The notes: generated by a model from the sequence alone, not told the origin. DNA of 64,000 bases from an uncultured bacterium (GCA_965368975.1 CBDUPA010000004.1:224001-288000); one strand, 5' to 3'; counted from the stretch's first letter, positions 1 to 14,651 are shown. Numbers and translations: made by a program.

Positions 1-1
1 G

Positions 2-861
2 GTCGAGCTGGAGAAGGTCGAGCGCGAGTACGAGCGGCAGAAGCGGCTGTTCGCGCAAGACCTGATCAGCGAAGAGGCGTTCAACAACGCCACCTACGAG
101 ACCGAACAGCTGAAGCTTCGACTGGAGGATGCCGAGCGGCAGCTCAGCTATACCGAGGTACGGGCTCCGATCAGCGGCGTGGTCACGCAGCGCCTGGTGG
201 ATCTCGGCGATACGGTGACGCTCAACCAGCGCCTGTTCGACATTTCCGACTTCGACTCGATCGTAGCGCGGGTCTTCGTGCCTGAGCGCGAGTTGGTGCG
301 TCTGGCTGCCGGCCAGTCGGCGCGCGTCGAAGCTCCGGCGCTGGGCACCGATTTCAGCGGCCGTCTGCTGCGCATCGCGCCGACGGTCGACCCGCAGAGC
401 GGCACTGTCAAGGTGACCGTGGCGATTCCGCGCAGTGGCAACAGCCGTTTGCGCCCGGGCTTGTACGTCGACGTGACGCTGGTCACGCAGACCTTCGAGG
501 ATACGTTGCTGGTGCCCAAGCGGGCGCTGGTCTACGAGAGCGATCAGATCTTCGTCTTCCGCCTGCAGGACGGGCAACACGTCGAGCGCGTGCGCTTGGT
601 GCCGGAGCTGGAGGACAAGTTCTCGGTCAAGCCGGCCGGGGACGCCCTCCAGGCTGGGGACCGTCTGGTAATCGCCGGACAAGCCGGTCTCAAGGACGGT
701 GCGCAGGTGCGCGTGGTCGGTGATCTGGAGCGCGCGGGCGAGGTGGTGGCGGATGCGATGTCCGACGATGGTGTCGACACAGGTTCCACCAATGAGGACA
801 CGAGTGCCGAGACTGCTACCACGGAAGAACGCACCAGTGAAGACATGAGCGCGGAGGCGCC

Positions 862-865
<4 letters not shown>
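2..865 (+). CDS. RND efflux periplasmic adaptor (MFP), 5'-truncated
   Basis: Frame is open from base 2 (VELEKVEREYERQKRL...EVRAPISGVV). Shows MFP hallmarks RAPISG, PTVDPQSGTV, LRPG and LLVPKRAL, directly upstream of RND permeases. Confidence 0.92.
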
Positions 866-4548
<3,683 letters not shown>

Positions 4549-4577
4549 ATCAGCCCTCGGCTGGAGAGGTAAGGACC

Positions 4578-7500
4578 ATGAGCCCGACCCGCTTGCCGGA
4601 AGATCCTGCGCGAGACCCAGCGCCCGAGACACCCGATATGCCCGAAGGTGCCTCTAGCGTGCCGCCGGAGGAGTTCGCCGCGACGACGCGTACAGGCCGC
4701 CGCGAGGAGATGCTGTCGCGCTTCTCGCTCGGCCGCCCGGTAACCGTCCTGGTGCTGCTCGCCACCATGCTGGTGGTCGGGCTGGTGGCGGCCATCGGCA
4801 TTCCGCTCGAGACCTTCCCGCAGGGGTTCTCGCGGCCGTTCCTGTCCGTCTCCGTACCCTGGCAGGACGCGCCGCCGCAGGAAGTGGTGGACAAGATCCT
4901 GCTGCCGCTGGAGGGCGAGTTGAGCACGGTGCGCGGCATCGAGCGGATCACCAGTCGCGCGACCACCGGCCGCGCTCGCGTTTTTCTCAGCTTCAAGGGC
5001 GGTACGGACATGAACGTTGCCTACCGCGAGGTGCGCGACCGTCTGCAACGCGCTCGCCCGCAGCTGCCGAACGACGCCGATCGGCTATTCATCTTCAAAG
5101 AAGACGTCTCGGGTATTCCAGTGGTGATGGTCGGTCTGGCGGTCGATCCGGATCTGGTGGATGCCTACAGTCTGATCCAGAACGAGATCGTGATGCCGTT
5201 GCAGCGCATCGACGGTGTCGCCACGGTCAGCAGCCAGGGGTTGCAGCAGAAGGAGATCCTGATCGAGCTCGACCGTCGGCGTACCGAGGCGGCGGGCCTC
5301 AACATCTACCAGCTGGCGCAGGAACTGGGGGGGGACAACTTCTCGATGGCCAGCGGGCACGTTTTTTCCGGTGGGGACAAGCTACTGCTGCGCTCGGTGG
5401 CGCGTTACGACAGCATCGAGGCGTTGGAGAATCGTCTGCTGTCGACCTCCGTGCGCCTGGGCGACATTGCGACCGTCCGTTACGAGGAGCCGGAGAAAGA
5501 GTGGGCGGCGCGCCTCAACGGCCGTCCGGCGATCGCGCTCCAGGTGCTCAAGGAAGGGCAGGCCAACACCGTCGAGGTGAGCCGCCAAGTGGTCGAAGCG
5601 GTCGAGCGCATGCAGGAAAACCCGCGCCTGGCCAATATCGAGATCTCTCCTTTCTTCGTCCAGGGCGACCTCATCCTGGGCGCGCTCGAGACCCTGCTCG
5701 ACAGCGGCCGCCTGGGTGCTTTCTTCGCGATCCTGGTGCTCTTCTTCTTCCTGCGCCGCTTCCGCATGACGCTGATCATCACGCTGTCGATCCCGCTGTC
5801 GATGCTGATCGCCCTCACCGTCATGTACTTTGCCGGCGAGACGCTCAACATCTTGTCGTTGCTCGCCTTGATGATCTGTGTCGGTTTGCTGGTCGACAAC
5901 TCGGTGGTGGTGGCGGAGAACATTTACCGGCTGCACGGCAAAGGCCTGAGCGCCCGCGATGCCTGTATCCGCGGTGCCGGTGAGATCGCGCTGGCCATCA
6001 CCATGGCGACGCTGACCACTATCGCCGTCTTCCTGCCGGTGTCCCTGGTCGAGGGGGACGTGCAGTTCTTCCTGTTGCGGCTGTCGGTGCCGATCTCGGT
6101 GTCGCTGGCCGGCTCGCTGGTTGTGGCGCTGGTGTTCATTCCGCTCAGCGTCTACATGACTTTGCCGCATGCGGGTGCAGGTCGACGCGGTCGTGCCAGA
6201 GTCGGGGGACCCAGCGCGCGGCAGGTCGTCATTCGCCGCCTCCACCAGCGTCTCAACAGTGGCCTGACTCGTCTCTACGATGCCATCATGCAGCCGCTCA
6301 GCCGTCTCAGTCGCACTCTGCTGGAGCGTTCGCTGCGACGCCGCTTCGAGCTGATTGTGATCACGGCTCTCGTGTGCGCCGGCACCTTCCAGCTGGCTTT
6401 CGAAGGCACGGAATTCGCCTTCCAGCAGGAGGACGAGCGCGGCGGCTTCGAGGTCGACGTAGAACTGGCGCGTTCGAGCACGCTGGAAGATGCACAGGCG
6501 TATTTCCAGGCAGCCGAGACGGTGTTGGAGGCGCACAAGGACGAGTGGGACCTGCAGGGATATTTCATCTTCCATCGCCCGACCTGGGGCAGTATCGAGG
6601 GCTGGTTCAACTCACCCCGTACGAACGACCTGACCGCGCGTGAGGTCACGGAGGCGGTGGTCGCGGCCTTGCCCGAGCGCGGCGGCATCACGCTCTACAC
6701 CGGCGAGGAGAGCCAGGTGGGCGACTGTGATTCGGACGGCCTGCACTGCCTGGTGCTCTACGGCGACGATCCTGGGCAGTTGGAAGAACTCGCCGACGAC
6801 CTCGAAGGCGTCTTCCGCGAGGTGCCCGGCGTCGTCGGCATTCAGCGCAACAGCGAACAGACCCCAAGCGAGCTGGCCTTGGTCATCGATCGCGATCGAG
6901 CGCAACGTCAGGCGGTCAATCCGCAGGCGGTGGCCGGCGTTGTCGGCTATGCCTTGCGAGGCCAGGCCCTGCCCAAGTTCTACCGCGACGGAGAGGAGAT
7001 CCCGGTGCGGGTGCGCTACCGCGAAGAGGATCGCGAGAGCCTGAGCGAGTTGCGCGACTTCGAGGTGCTCGCCGACACTGGTGAGGCGATCTCGCTCGAC
7101 ACCATCACCGACGTCGAGCTGTTCAGTTCACCGCAGGCCATCACGCGCCGCAACAAGCAGGTCGCCCGCACCATGGTGCTGGAATTGGCCGAGGGCGAGG
7201 AAAAAGAGACGCGGCGCCAGATCCGTGACCTCAGCCGCCGTCTAGACCTGCCGGAAGGTGTCACGTTCGGGAGTCCCATTCGCCGCGGCCGGGACGAGGG
7301 CGGCGAAGCCATGGGTATGGCGATGCTACTCTCCATCGTCTTCATCTACCTGCTGATGGCTTTCCTCTTCGAGAGTTTCATCCTGCCGCTGTCGATCTTG
7401 TCCACCATTCCGTTGGCCGGTATCGGTGTTGGTTGGGCGCACTACGTCGCGGGGATGAATCTCGACTTCCTGGGCATCATTGGTGCCATCGTGCTCACTG

Positions 7501-7889
7501 GAGTGGTGGTCAACAATGGCATCGTCCTGATCGACTATGTGCACCGTTTGCGCAATGAAGGTCTGGGCCGCAACCAGGCCCTGCTCACCGCTACCGAACG
7601 CCGTTTCCGCCCCATCCTGATGACCGCCTTGACGACGATCTGTGGTGCCATGCCGCTGATCTTCGGTGGCAAGACCGAGATGGGCCTCAGCTACACCAGC
7701 TTCGGTTTGACGCTGGTCGGCGGCATGACCACGGCGACGCTGCTGACCCTGCTCGTCGTGCCGGTCTTCTACACGCTGTTCGACGACGCGCGCGAGATCG
7801 TCGGCTCGGCGGTGATCAGCGTGCTGCGCCGCGGCCGTCGCCGGGACGAGAAGGTCGAGGATGCGTCGGTCTCGACCGCCGGGGGTTGA
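4578..7889 (+). CDS. RND efflux transporter permease, subunit 2
   Basis: 1103 aa with GLLVDNSVVVAENI and RFRPILMT motifs. Start could be further downstream. Confidence 0.95.
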   Translation: MSPTRLPEDPARDPAPETPDMPEGASSVPPEEFAATTRTGRREEMLSRFSLGRPVTVLVLLATMLVVGLVAAIGIPLETFPQGFSRPFLSVSVPWQDAPPQEVVDKILLPLEGELSTVRGIERITSRATTGRARVFLSFKGGTDMNVAYREVRDRLQRARPQLPNDADRLFIFKEDVSGIPVVMVGLAVDPDLVDAYSLIQNEIVMPLQRIDGVATVSSQGLQQKEILIELDRRRTEAAGLNIYQLAQELGGDNFSMASGHVFSGGDKLLLRSVARYDSIEALENRLLSTSVRLGDIATVRYEEPEKEWAARLNGRPAIALQVLKEGQANTVEVSRQVVEAVERMQENPRLANIEISPFFVQGDLILGALETLLDSGRLGAFFAILVLFFFLRRFRMTLIITLSIPLSMLIALTVMYFAGETLNILSLLALMICVGLLVDNSVVVAENIYRLHGKGLSARDACIRGAGEIALAITMATLTTIAVFLPVSLVEGDVQFFLLRLSVPISVSLAGSLVVALVFIPLSVYMTLPHAGAGRRGRARVGGPSARQVVIRRLHQRLNSGLTRLYDAIMQPLSRLSRTLLERSLRRRFELIVITALVCAGTFQLAFEGTEFAFQQEDERGGFEVDVELARSSTLEDAQAYFQAAETVLEAHKDEWDLQGYFIFHRPTWGSIEGWFNSPRTNDLTAREVTEAVVAALPERGGITLYTGEESQVGDCDSDGLHCLVLYGDDPGQLEELADDLEGVFREVPGVVGIQRNSEQTPSELALVIDRDRAQRQAVNPQAVAGVVGYALRGQALPKFYRDGEEIPVRVRYREEDRESLSELRDFEVLADTGEAISLDTITDVELFSSPQAITRRNKQVARTMVLELAEGEEKETRRQIRDLSRRLDLPEGVTFGSPIRRGRDEGGEAMGMAMLLSIVFIYLLMAFLFESFILPLSILSTIPLAGIGVGWAHYVAGMNLDFLGIIGAIVLTGVVVNNGIVLIDYVHRLRNEGLGRNQALLTATERRFRPILMTALTTICGAMPLIFGGKTEMGLSYTSFGLTLVGGMTTATLLTLLVVPVFYTLFDDAREIVGSAVISVLRRGRRRDEKVEDASVSTAGG

Positions 7890-7927
7890 GGGCGCCCGCG
7901 GTCCCTGAACTGGTAGACTCCGGCACT

Positions 7928-8806
7928 ATGTTCGAGCGTCAAAAAAGTGGTTCCGTCGTCTGTCCGTCGTGCGGCAAGCTGGTCGGTGTTGAGCAGGAAA
8001 AGTGCCCGTACTGCGGCCGCCCCTTCCCGGGCATGCTCGGCTTCACCAAGATGTTCCGCAATCTAGGTGAAGACATGGGCTTCGTGCCGATGATCATGTG
8101 GGGCTGCGCCATCCTGTACCTGCTGACCCTGATCGTCCAGCCGGACGGGATCTTCTCCGGTGGCCTACTCAACATGCTCTCACCGAGCGGCGAAGCGCTC
8201 TACGTCTTTGGCTCCAGCGGTGCTCTGCCGGTCTTCACTTTCGGGCGCTGGTGGACCCTGCTCAGTGCCGCTTGGCTCCATGGCAGCGTGTTGCACATCG
8301 TATTCAATATGATGTGGGTGCGCGATATGGGGCGTACCGTCGCCGAGACCTACGGCCCCGGCCGGATGATGTTGATCTACACCATCTCGGCGGTCAGCGG
8401 CACGCTGCTCAGCTCCAGCGTCGCGCAGTTCCTGCCCTGGCTGCCCGGCCCGCTCGGCGGCGCACAAATCACCGTCGGTGCCTCGGGCGCCCTCTTTGGT
8501 CTTTTCGGCGCCCTCTATTACTACGGCAACCGCACCGGTAGCTCGCAGCTCAACCAGCAGATCAAGAACTTCCTGATCATCATGGTGATCTTCGGCTTCC
8601 TGTGGCCGCGCGTTGACAACTGGGGTCACCTCGGCGGCTTCCTGGGCGGCTACTTGGTGTCGCGCTTCTGGCTCGATCCGCTCAAGCCCGAACGGATCGA
8701 CCACATCATCGGTGCTTTCGTCTGCATCTTCCTTTCTGTCGCCGCCATCATCGCGTCGGTGGTCCATGGTTTGTCGCAGCTGCGGGCGTGGGGAATCTTG
8801 CAGTAA
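7928..8806 (+). CDS. Rhomboid intramembrane serine protease with N-terminal zinc ribbon
   Basis: H-x4-H-x3-N (HGSVLHIVFN), catalytic GASG and HLGG; N-terminal CPSC...CPYC. ATG 7928 chosen as start. Confidence 0.9.
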   Translation: MFERQKSGSVVCPSCGKLVGVEQEKCPYCGRPFPGMLGFTKMFRNLGEDMGFVPMIMWGCAILYLLTLIVQPDGIFSGGLLNMLSPSGEALYVFGSSGALPVFTFGRWWTLLSAAWLHGSVLHIVFNMMWVRDMGRTVAETYGPGRMMLIYTISAVSGTLLSSSVAQFLPWLPGPLGGAQITVGASGALFGLFGALYYYGNRTGSSQLNQQIKNFLIIMVIFGFLWPRVDNWGHLGGFLGGYLVSRFWLDPLKPERIDHIIGAFVCIFLSVAAIIASVVHGLSQLRAWGILQ

Positions 8807-8937
8807 CTCCTCCCCCCATTTCCCTAGGCGATCGATCTGGGCCTCTGCTTCATGAGCGACGCTGACCTGTTGGTAGCGACGTGAACCCGGGGTTCAACCC
8901 TGCTGAGCCAGCAGATTTCGGTGCTACCATCTCGCCT

Positions 8938-10617
8938 ATGCCTGCCAACTCGACGCCTGCGAATCGCAGTTCTGCGAAGCCTGTCATCCTGACCGTTGAC
9001 GACGATCCGCAGGTGCTGCGGTCGGTGGTGCGGGACCTGCGCAACAAATACGGTGGCGACTACCGGATCTTGCGCGCGGACTCTGGTAGCGCGGCACTGG
9101 AGGCGTTGACCGAACTCAAGCAGCGCGGCGACGCGGTCGCGTTGTTGTTGTCGGACCAGCGCATGCCGCAGCTCGACGGGGTGGGGTTCTTGACCCAGGC
9201 GAAAGAGCTTTTTCCCGAGTCCAAGCGCGCCCTGCTGACGGCCTACGCCGACACCGATGCGGCGATCGCGGCGATCAATCAGTCGCAGGTGGACTACTAC
9301 CTGCTCAAGCCTTGGGATCCGCCGAACGAAAAGCTGTACCCGGTCCTCGACGATCTGCTCGACGACTGGCGCGCAGGTTTCCGGCCTCTGCCGCCGGGGC
9401 TGCGGGTGATCGGGGACCGTTGGTCACCGAAGGCACATCAGCTCAAGGACTTTCTCGCCCGCAACCATGTGCCGTACCGGTTTCTCGACGTCGAGACCTC
9501 GGAAGAAGCGCAGGGGTGCCTGGCGGGAGAGGATGGAACGTTACCGTTGGTCATGCTGGAGGACGGTCGGCGCCTGTGGGCACCGGAGCCACGCGAGCTG
9601 GCGGAGGCCATCGGTATCCAGACTCGGGCGCAGCAGCCGTTCTACGACCTGGCGATCATTGGTGGTGGTCCGGCGGGGTTGGCGTCGGCAGTGTATGGCG
9701 GTTCCGAGGGCCTGCGCACGGTGCTGGTGGAGCGGGAAGCGCCGGGCGGGCAGGCCGGGACGTCGAGCCGGATCGAGAACTACCTCGGCTTTCCGGCAGG
9801 GCTGTCCGGTGCCGACCTGGCGCGCCGGGCCGTGACGCAGGCGCGCAAGTTCGAGGTCGAACTGCTAACACCGCTGCAGGTCGAAGCGCTGCGCGTCGAG
9901 GGGCCTTACAAGCACCTGAAGCTGAGCGATGGCAGCCGGCTGACTTGCCACGCGCTGATGCTCAGTATGGGCGTGTCGTGGCGACTGCTGCCGGCGCCGG
10001 GGGCCGAGCCGCTGGCCGGTCGGGGGGTCTACTATGGTGCTGCACTCACCGAGGCGATGAATTGCAAGGACGAGGTGGTCTACACCGTGGGTGCGGGCAA
10101 CTCGGCGGGGCAGGCGGCGCTGCACTTCGCGCAGTACGCTTGCAAGGTGGTGATGCTGGTGCGCGGCGCTTCGTTGGCGGCCAAGATGTCGCAGTACCTC
10201 GTGGACCGTATCGAGGCGGCTGAGAACATCGAGGTGCGCCTGCACACCGAGGTGCGCGCCTGTGCCGGCAAGGAGCACCTGACCGGCCTGACGCTCTACC
10301 ACCACGCCGAGGATGCTACCGAGGATGTTGACGCCCGCTACTTGTTCGTGTTCATCGGCGCTGCTCCGCGTACCGACTGGCTGCACGGGCAGGTCGCGCT
10401 CGATGAGCGTGGCTTCGTGCTCACCGGATCGGACCTGCGGGAAGAGCACCTGCGCGCCTGGGCGCTGGAGCGCGAGCCCTACCTGCTCGAAACTTCGGTG
10501 CCGGGCATCTTTGCGGCCGGTGACGTGCGCCACGAGAGCATCAAGCGTGTCGCGTCGGCGGTGGGCGAGGGATCGGTGTCAGTAGCCTTCATCCATCGCT
10601 ATCTCGCGACCCTCTGA
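8938..10617 (+). CDS. Response-regulator receiver fused to thioredoxin-reductase-like FAD oxidoreductase
   Basis: Receiver motifs VDDD, SDQRMP and LKPW; FAD motifs GGGPAG, IENYLGF, GAGNSA and FAAGD. Confidence 0.9.
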   Translation: MPANSTPANRSSAKPVILTVDDDPQVLRSVVRDLRNKYGGDYRILRADSGSAALEALTELKQRGDAVALLLSDQRMPQLDGVGFLTQAKELFPESKRALLTAYADTDAAIAAINQSQVDYYLLKPWDPPNEKLYPVLDDLLDDWRAGFRPLPPGLRVIGDRWSPKAHQLKDFLARNHVPYRFLDVETSEEAQGCLAGEDGTLPLVMLEDGRRLWAPEPRELAEAIGIQTRAQQPFYDLAIIGGGPAGLASAVYGGSEGLRTVLVEREAPGGQAGTSSRIENYLGFPAGLSGADLARRAVTQARKFEVELLTPLQVEALRVEGPYKHLKLSDGSRLTCHALMLSMGVSWRLLPAPGAEPLAGRGVYYGAALTEAMNCKDEVVYTVGAGNSAGQAALHFAQYACKVVMLVRGASLAAKMSQYLVDRIEAAENIEVRLHTEVRACAGKEHLTGLTLYHHAEDATEDVDARYLFVFIGAAPRTDWLHGQVALDERGFVLTGSDLREEHLRAWALEREPYLLETSVPGIFAAGDVRHESIKRVASAVGEGSVSVAFIHRYLATL

Positions 10618-10644
10618 GTTGGCACAGGCCCTGAAAGGCGTAGC

Positions 10645-13107
10645 ATGATCGATCCGACAGCTCTGCTCTCTCTGCTCGCGGCGGGTACCGCCCCGGCGTT
10701 CTTCACCGAGCTGGCGATCCTGGTGGTGGCCGGTGCGCTGATCGCCTACATCTGCCATCGCTTGGGGTTGGTGCCCATCGTCGGCTTCCTGATCAGCGGT
10801 GTGTTGATCGGTCCGCACTGCCTGCGCTTCGTCACCGACCGCGAACTGGTGGACGCGGCAGCGGAGGTCGGGGTGATTCTGTTGCTGTTCACCATCGGCA
10901 TCGAGTTCAGCCTCGAAAAGCTGGCGCGCATCAAGAGCCTGATCTTCGGCGGCGGCGGACTGCAGGTCGGTCTGGCGACACTGGTCACGTGCGGTGCCCT
11001 GGGCTTCTTCGGCGTGCCGTGGAAGGCCGGCCTGTTCACCGGCTTCCTGGTGGCGCTGAGTTCGACGGCGATCGTGCTCAAACTGCTCGGCGAGCGCGGC
11101 GAGACGGACGCTCCGCACGGCCGCATCGGACTCGGGCTGCTGATCTTCCAGGACCTGGCGATCATCGTCATGGTGCTGCTGGTGCCGATCCTGGGCGCCG
11201 ATCCTGGCTCGATGGGCGGGGGCTCGATGGGTACGATCGGCCTGGCCCTGGCCAAGGCGGCCGGCATTGTCGTGCTGGTGCTGGTCGTGGCGCGACGCCT
11301 GATGCCGCCGTTGCTCGAGCGGGTCGCGCGGACGTGCTCCCCTGAACTCTTCTTGCTGACCCTGGTCGCCATCTGCTTTGGCACCGCCTACCTGACCTAC
11401 CTGGCGGGGGTGAGCCTGTCGCTGGGGGCTTTCCTGGCGGGCTTGCTGGTCAGTGAGAGTCACTTCAGTGAGCAGGCCCTGGGCGAGATCCTGCCGCTGC
11501 AAATCCTGTTCAGTGCCACCTTCTTCATCTCGGTCGGCATGCTGCTCGACCTGCGGTTTCTGGTCACCAACCTACCGCTGGTGTGCGGAGTAATCGTCTT
11601 TGTGCTGGCGATCAAGCTGCTGACCACGACGGTTAGTGTCGCGGTGCTGGGCTATCCGCGCAAACTGGCGCTGGCGTCGGGGCTGTTGCTGGCCCAGGTC
11701 GGTGAATTCTCCTTCGTGCTCGAGCGTGCGGGCCGGGAGATCGGGCTGTTTCCAGCGGCGATGAGCGAGAAGGGCTCGCAGGCCTTCATCGCCGCCACCG
11801 TCGTGCTGATGGTGGCGACGCCGTTTCTGGCCAAACTCGGCACCGCGCTGCTGCGCCGCTCGCCGACGCAAGGAGCGACCGCCGACGACGACACACCGGC
11901 ACCTGTGCCGGAGGATCTGCCACAGCTGAGCGACCACGTGGTGGTTTCGGGCTACGGCAACAGCGCCCGGCGGCTGGTACCGCGCCTTGTCGAAGCCAAG
12001 ATTCCGTTCCTCATCGTCACGCTCAGTCCGACGGCCGCCAACGAGGCCGAGTCGCTGGGCTATCCAATCGTTCGCGCCGACTCGACACGGCAGTACACAC
12101 AGCTGCTCGTCGGCCTCGATCGCGCCAAGCTGCTGATCATTGCCGACGACGATCCGGTGACCACGCAGCGCATCGCTGCGGTGGCACGTACGGTCAACCC
12201 GACGCTGTGCATCGTCGTCCGCACGCGCTATCTGACCGAGATCGAGAGCCTGCAGGAAGCCGGTGTCGACCGCGTGATCGCCGAGGAGTTGGAGAGCGTC
12301 GTGCAGCTGTTCGGCACCGTGCTGCGCAACTATGACCTGGGGGCGGAAGAGGTCGCGCGCCAGCAAGGCAAGCTGCGCCGCGAGGGCTACGCTGCCCTGC
12401 GTCGTCCACCCGGTGAAGCCGTAGATCCAGAGGCGCCGGTGATCGACTGCGAGCTCGACGACGACTGCCTGCACGTGCGCCGCGTGACCGTGCGTAAAGG
12501 CAGTCCGCTGGCCAGCCAGACCGCCAAGTCGCTGGCCTTGGGCGAGGACTACTTGCTGACCCTGCGTGCCATCGAGCGCAGCGGCGGAGGCCGCGACGAG
12601 CGTATCTTGGATCCGCAGGTGGCGCAGCGGACCAAGCTCCGCCCCGGCGATGAGCTCATCCTAGCTGGTGCCGCGGTGTCCTTCCAGCGTGCCGCGCACC
12701 TGTTCCGGCATCGCGGGCTCAGCGAGCAGGAACAACGATCGATGAGCGACGCCTACGAGCGCCTGCGTCGCGACATCGACGTGCACGAGACGATCCGCCT
12801 GCATCTGACGGCTGGCGACCCGGCGTCGATCGATCTGTCGGCCACCGGCTGCAGCCATCTCGACCAGGTACGGCCGGTGCAGCCTAGCGCACCCGGCTGT
12901 GAGCTGTGCCTGGCACACGGTGCGCAGTGGGTCCACACGCGCATCTGCATGACCTGCGGCTTCGTCGGTTGCTGTGACTCCTCGCCGGGTCGTCATGCCC
13001 GAGCACACTTCGAGGAAACCGGGCATCCGATCATCTGTTCTCTGGAACCGGGCGAGACGTGGGCTTGGTGCTATCACGAAGAGGTCCTGCTGGAGAACCT
13101 GAGATGA
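10645..13107 (+). CDS. CPA2/Kef-type cation:proton antiporter with TrkA-N/TrkA-C (RCK) domains and C-terminal UBP-type zinc finger
   Basis: LSSTAIV, LIFQDL and LAQVGEFSFV; RCK-N HVVVSGYG; RCK-C; terminal CSH...CELC...CMTCGFVGCCDSS...H...H...GHP...WAWCY. Confidence 0.9.
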   Translation: MIDPTALLSLLAAGTAPAFFTELAILVVAGALIAYICHRLGLVPIVGFLISGVLIGPHCLRFVTDRELVDAAAEVGVILLLFTIGIEFSLEKLARIKSLIFGGGGLQVGLATLVTCGALGFFGVPWKAGLFTGFLVALSSTAIVLKLLGERGETDAPHGRIGLGLLIFQDLAIIVMVLLVPILGADPGSMGGGSMGTIGLALAKAAGIVVLVLVVARRLMPPLLERVARTCSPELFLLTLVAICFGTAYLTYLAGVSLSLGAFLAGLLVSESHFSEQALGEILPLQILFSATFFISVGMLLDLRFLVTNLPLVCGVIVFVLAIKLLTTTVSVAVLGYPRKLALASGLLLAQVGEFSFVLERAGREIGLFPAAMSEKGSQAFIAATVVLMVATPFLAKLGTALLRRSPTQGATADDDTPAPVPEDLPQLSDHVVVSGYGNSARRLVPRLVEAKIPFLIVTLSPTAANEAESLGYPIVRADSTRQYTQLLVGLDRAKLLIIADDDPVTTQRIAAVARTVNPTLCIVVRTRYLTEIESLQEAGVDRVIAEELESVVQLFGTVLRNYDLGAEEVARQQGKLRREGYAALRRPPGEAVDPEAPVIDCELDDDCLHVRRVTVRKGSPLASQTAKSLALGEDYLLTLRAIERSGGGRDERILDPQVAQRTKLRPGDELILAGAAVSFQRAAHLFRHRGLSEQEQRSMSDAYERLRRDIDVHETIRLHLTAGDPASIDLSATGCSHLDQVRPVQPSAPGCELCLAHGAQWVHTRICMTCGFVGCCDSSPGRHARAHFEETGHPIICSLEPGETWAWCYHEEVLLENLR

Positions 13108-14651
13108 GGGGTGCCAACTCCGGGAACCTGCCCGCGGGACACTTGCCCACGGGACACTTGCCCATGGGACACTGGTTCGAGACAGTGCTCGACGAGTTGC
13201 GCACTCTGCCTGTATTCGAGGGACTCGGCGAGAGCATTCTGGAATGGGTGGCTGCGCATGCGGAGCCGTTGGACTTGGCACCGGGAGATCTGCTGTTCGA
13301 AGCTGGTGATCCCGCCGAAGCGATGAATATCTTGCTCGAAGGCGAGCTGCAGTTCCACTTCGAAATCTCCGGCCAACTGGTGCCGATCGCGATCCAGGAG
13401 CGCGGTGAGGTCGGTGGCCTGCTGCCCTACTCGCGCATGACGGAGTACACCGGTCGCGCCGTCACCCTGGAGCCGACGCGCTGCCTGCGCATCCACAAGG
13501 ACCACTTCCCGGACATGCTGCACCGTTCCCCCGAGTTGGGGCAGCGGTTGGTGGCGATCATGTCCGACCGTGTGCGTCGGGCGACGCGCGCCGAGCAACA
13601 GCGCGAGAAGATGATGGCGCTGGGCAAGCTGTCGGCTGGGCTGGCCCACGAGCTGAACAACCCGGCGGCGGCGGTGCGCTCGACCGTCGACGAGCTGCAG
13701 CAGCGCTTGGAGCGCCTGCCTGAATGGGTGGCGCGCATGATGGAGCACGGCTTGACGCCCGACCAGGTGCGCCGGGCCGGGGTGCTGCAGAAGCCGCGCG
13801 GCGAGCCGCTCCCGCTTTCGAGTCTGGAACGCGGTGAGCGCGAAGACGAAGTGGGTGACTGGCTGGAAGAGCACGGCATCGAAGACGGCTGGCGCCTGGC
13901 CGAGACGCTGGTCGAGGAAGGGCTAGGGGTCGCCTGCCTGGAGCAGCTGTCGTCCGAGCTGCCCGCGGAGGCACTGCCCGACGTCTTGGTCTGGATGGAA
14001 GGTGGTCTCGCCGCACGCCGGCTGCTGGAGGACGTCAGTGCCGCGACCGGCCGCATCTCCGAGCTGGTCGCCGCGATCAAGCAGTATTCGCACATGGATC
14101 GCGCACCGGACAAGCAGCTCACGGATGTTCCTGCGGGTCTCGAAGCCACGCTCACCATGCTGGGTCACAAGCTCAAGCGGAACGGCATCGAGGTCCGTCG
14201 CACGTACGCGCCGGACTTACCACGCATCCCGGCGTTTCCTGGTGAGCTGAACCAGGTGTGGACCAATCTGATCGACAATGCCATCGATGCGATGCTGCAA
14301 CCCAGCAGGGACGAGCATGGCCGACCGGAAGCCCCCACCCCCAAGCTGGTCGCATCCCGGCTCGACATCTCGGCCGACGTGCGTAGCGACTGTGTGCGCG
14401 TGTGCATAGTCGACAACGGTCCAGGTGTCCCCGAAGACATCCAGTCGCGTATCTTCGAGCCTTTCTTCACCACCAAGGCGGTAGGCGCTGGCACCGGGCT
14501 GGGTCTCGACATCGTCCGGCGCATCGTTCACGACCAGCACGGTGGCTCGGTCGAGATCGACAGTGCCCCCGGCCGCACTGCCTTCAGCGTCTGGCTGCCT
14601 CTCGCCGCCACTGATGCAGGTGCGACGCAGGCACCAGAGGAGGGAGCGTGA
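13104..14651 (+). CDS. Soluble histidine kinase with N-terminal cyclic-nucleotide-binding domain
   Basis: cNMP fold (LFEAGDPA...GEL...GEV), H-box LAHELNNP, N box [19 protein letters not shown] and GTGLGL; no TM segment. ATGA overlap with the upstream gene; alternative start at 13164. Confidence 0.9.
   Translation: MRGANSGNLPAGHLPTGHLPMGHWFETVLDELRTLPVFEGLGESILEWVAAHAEPLDLAPGDLLFEAGDPAEAMNILLEGELQFHFEISGQLVPIAIQERGEVGGLLPYSRMTEYTGRAVTLEPTRCLRIHKDHFPDMLHRSPELGQRLVAIMSDRVRRATRAEQQREKMMALGKLSAGLAHELNNPAAAVRSTVDELQQRLERLPEWVARMMEHGLTPDQVRRAGVLQKPRGEPLPLSSLERGEREDEVGDWLEEHGIEDGWRLAETLVEEGLGVACLEQLSSELPAEALPDVLVWMEGGLAARRLLEDVSAATGRISELVAAIKQYSHMDRAPDKQLTDVPAGLEATLTMLGHKLKRNGIEVRRTYAPDLPRIPAFPGELNQVWTNLIDNAIDAMLQPSRDEHGRPEAPTPKLVASRLDISADVRSDCVRVCIVDNGPGVPEDIQSRIFEPFFTTKAVGAGTGLGLDIVRRIVHDQHGGSVEIDSAPGRTAFSVWLPLAATDAGATQAPEEGA
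13129..13173 (+). repeat. 3 x 15-bp tandem repeat TGCCCNNGGGACACT
   Basis: tgcccgcgggacact, tgcccacgggacact and tgcccatgggacact; encodes [15 protein letters not shown]. Confidence 0.9.
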
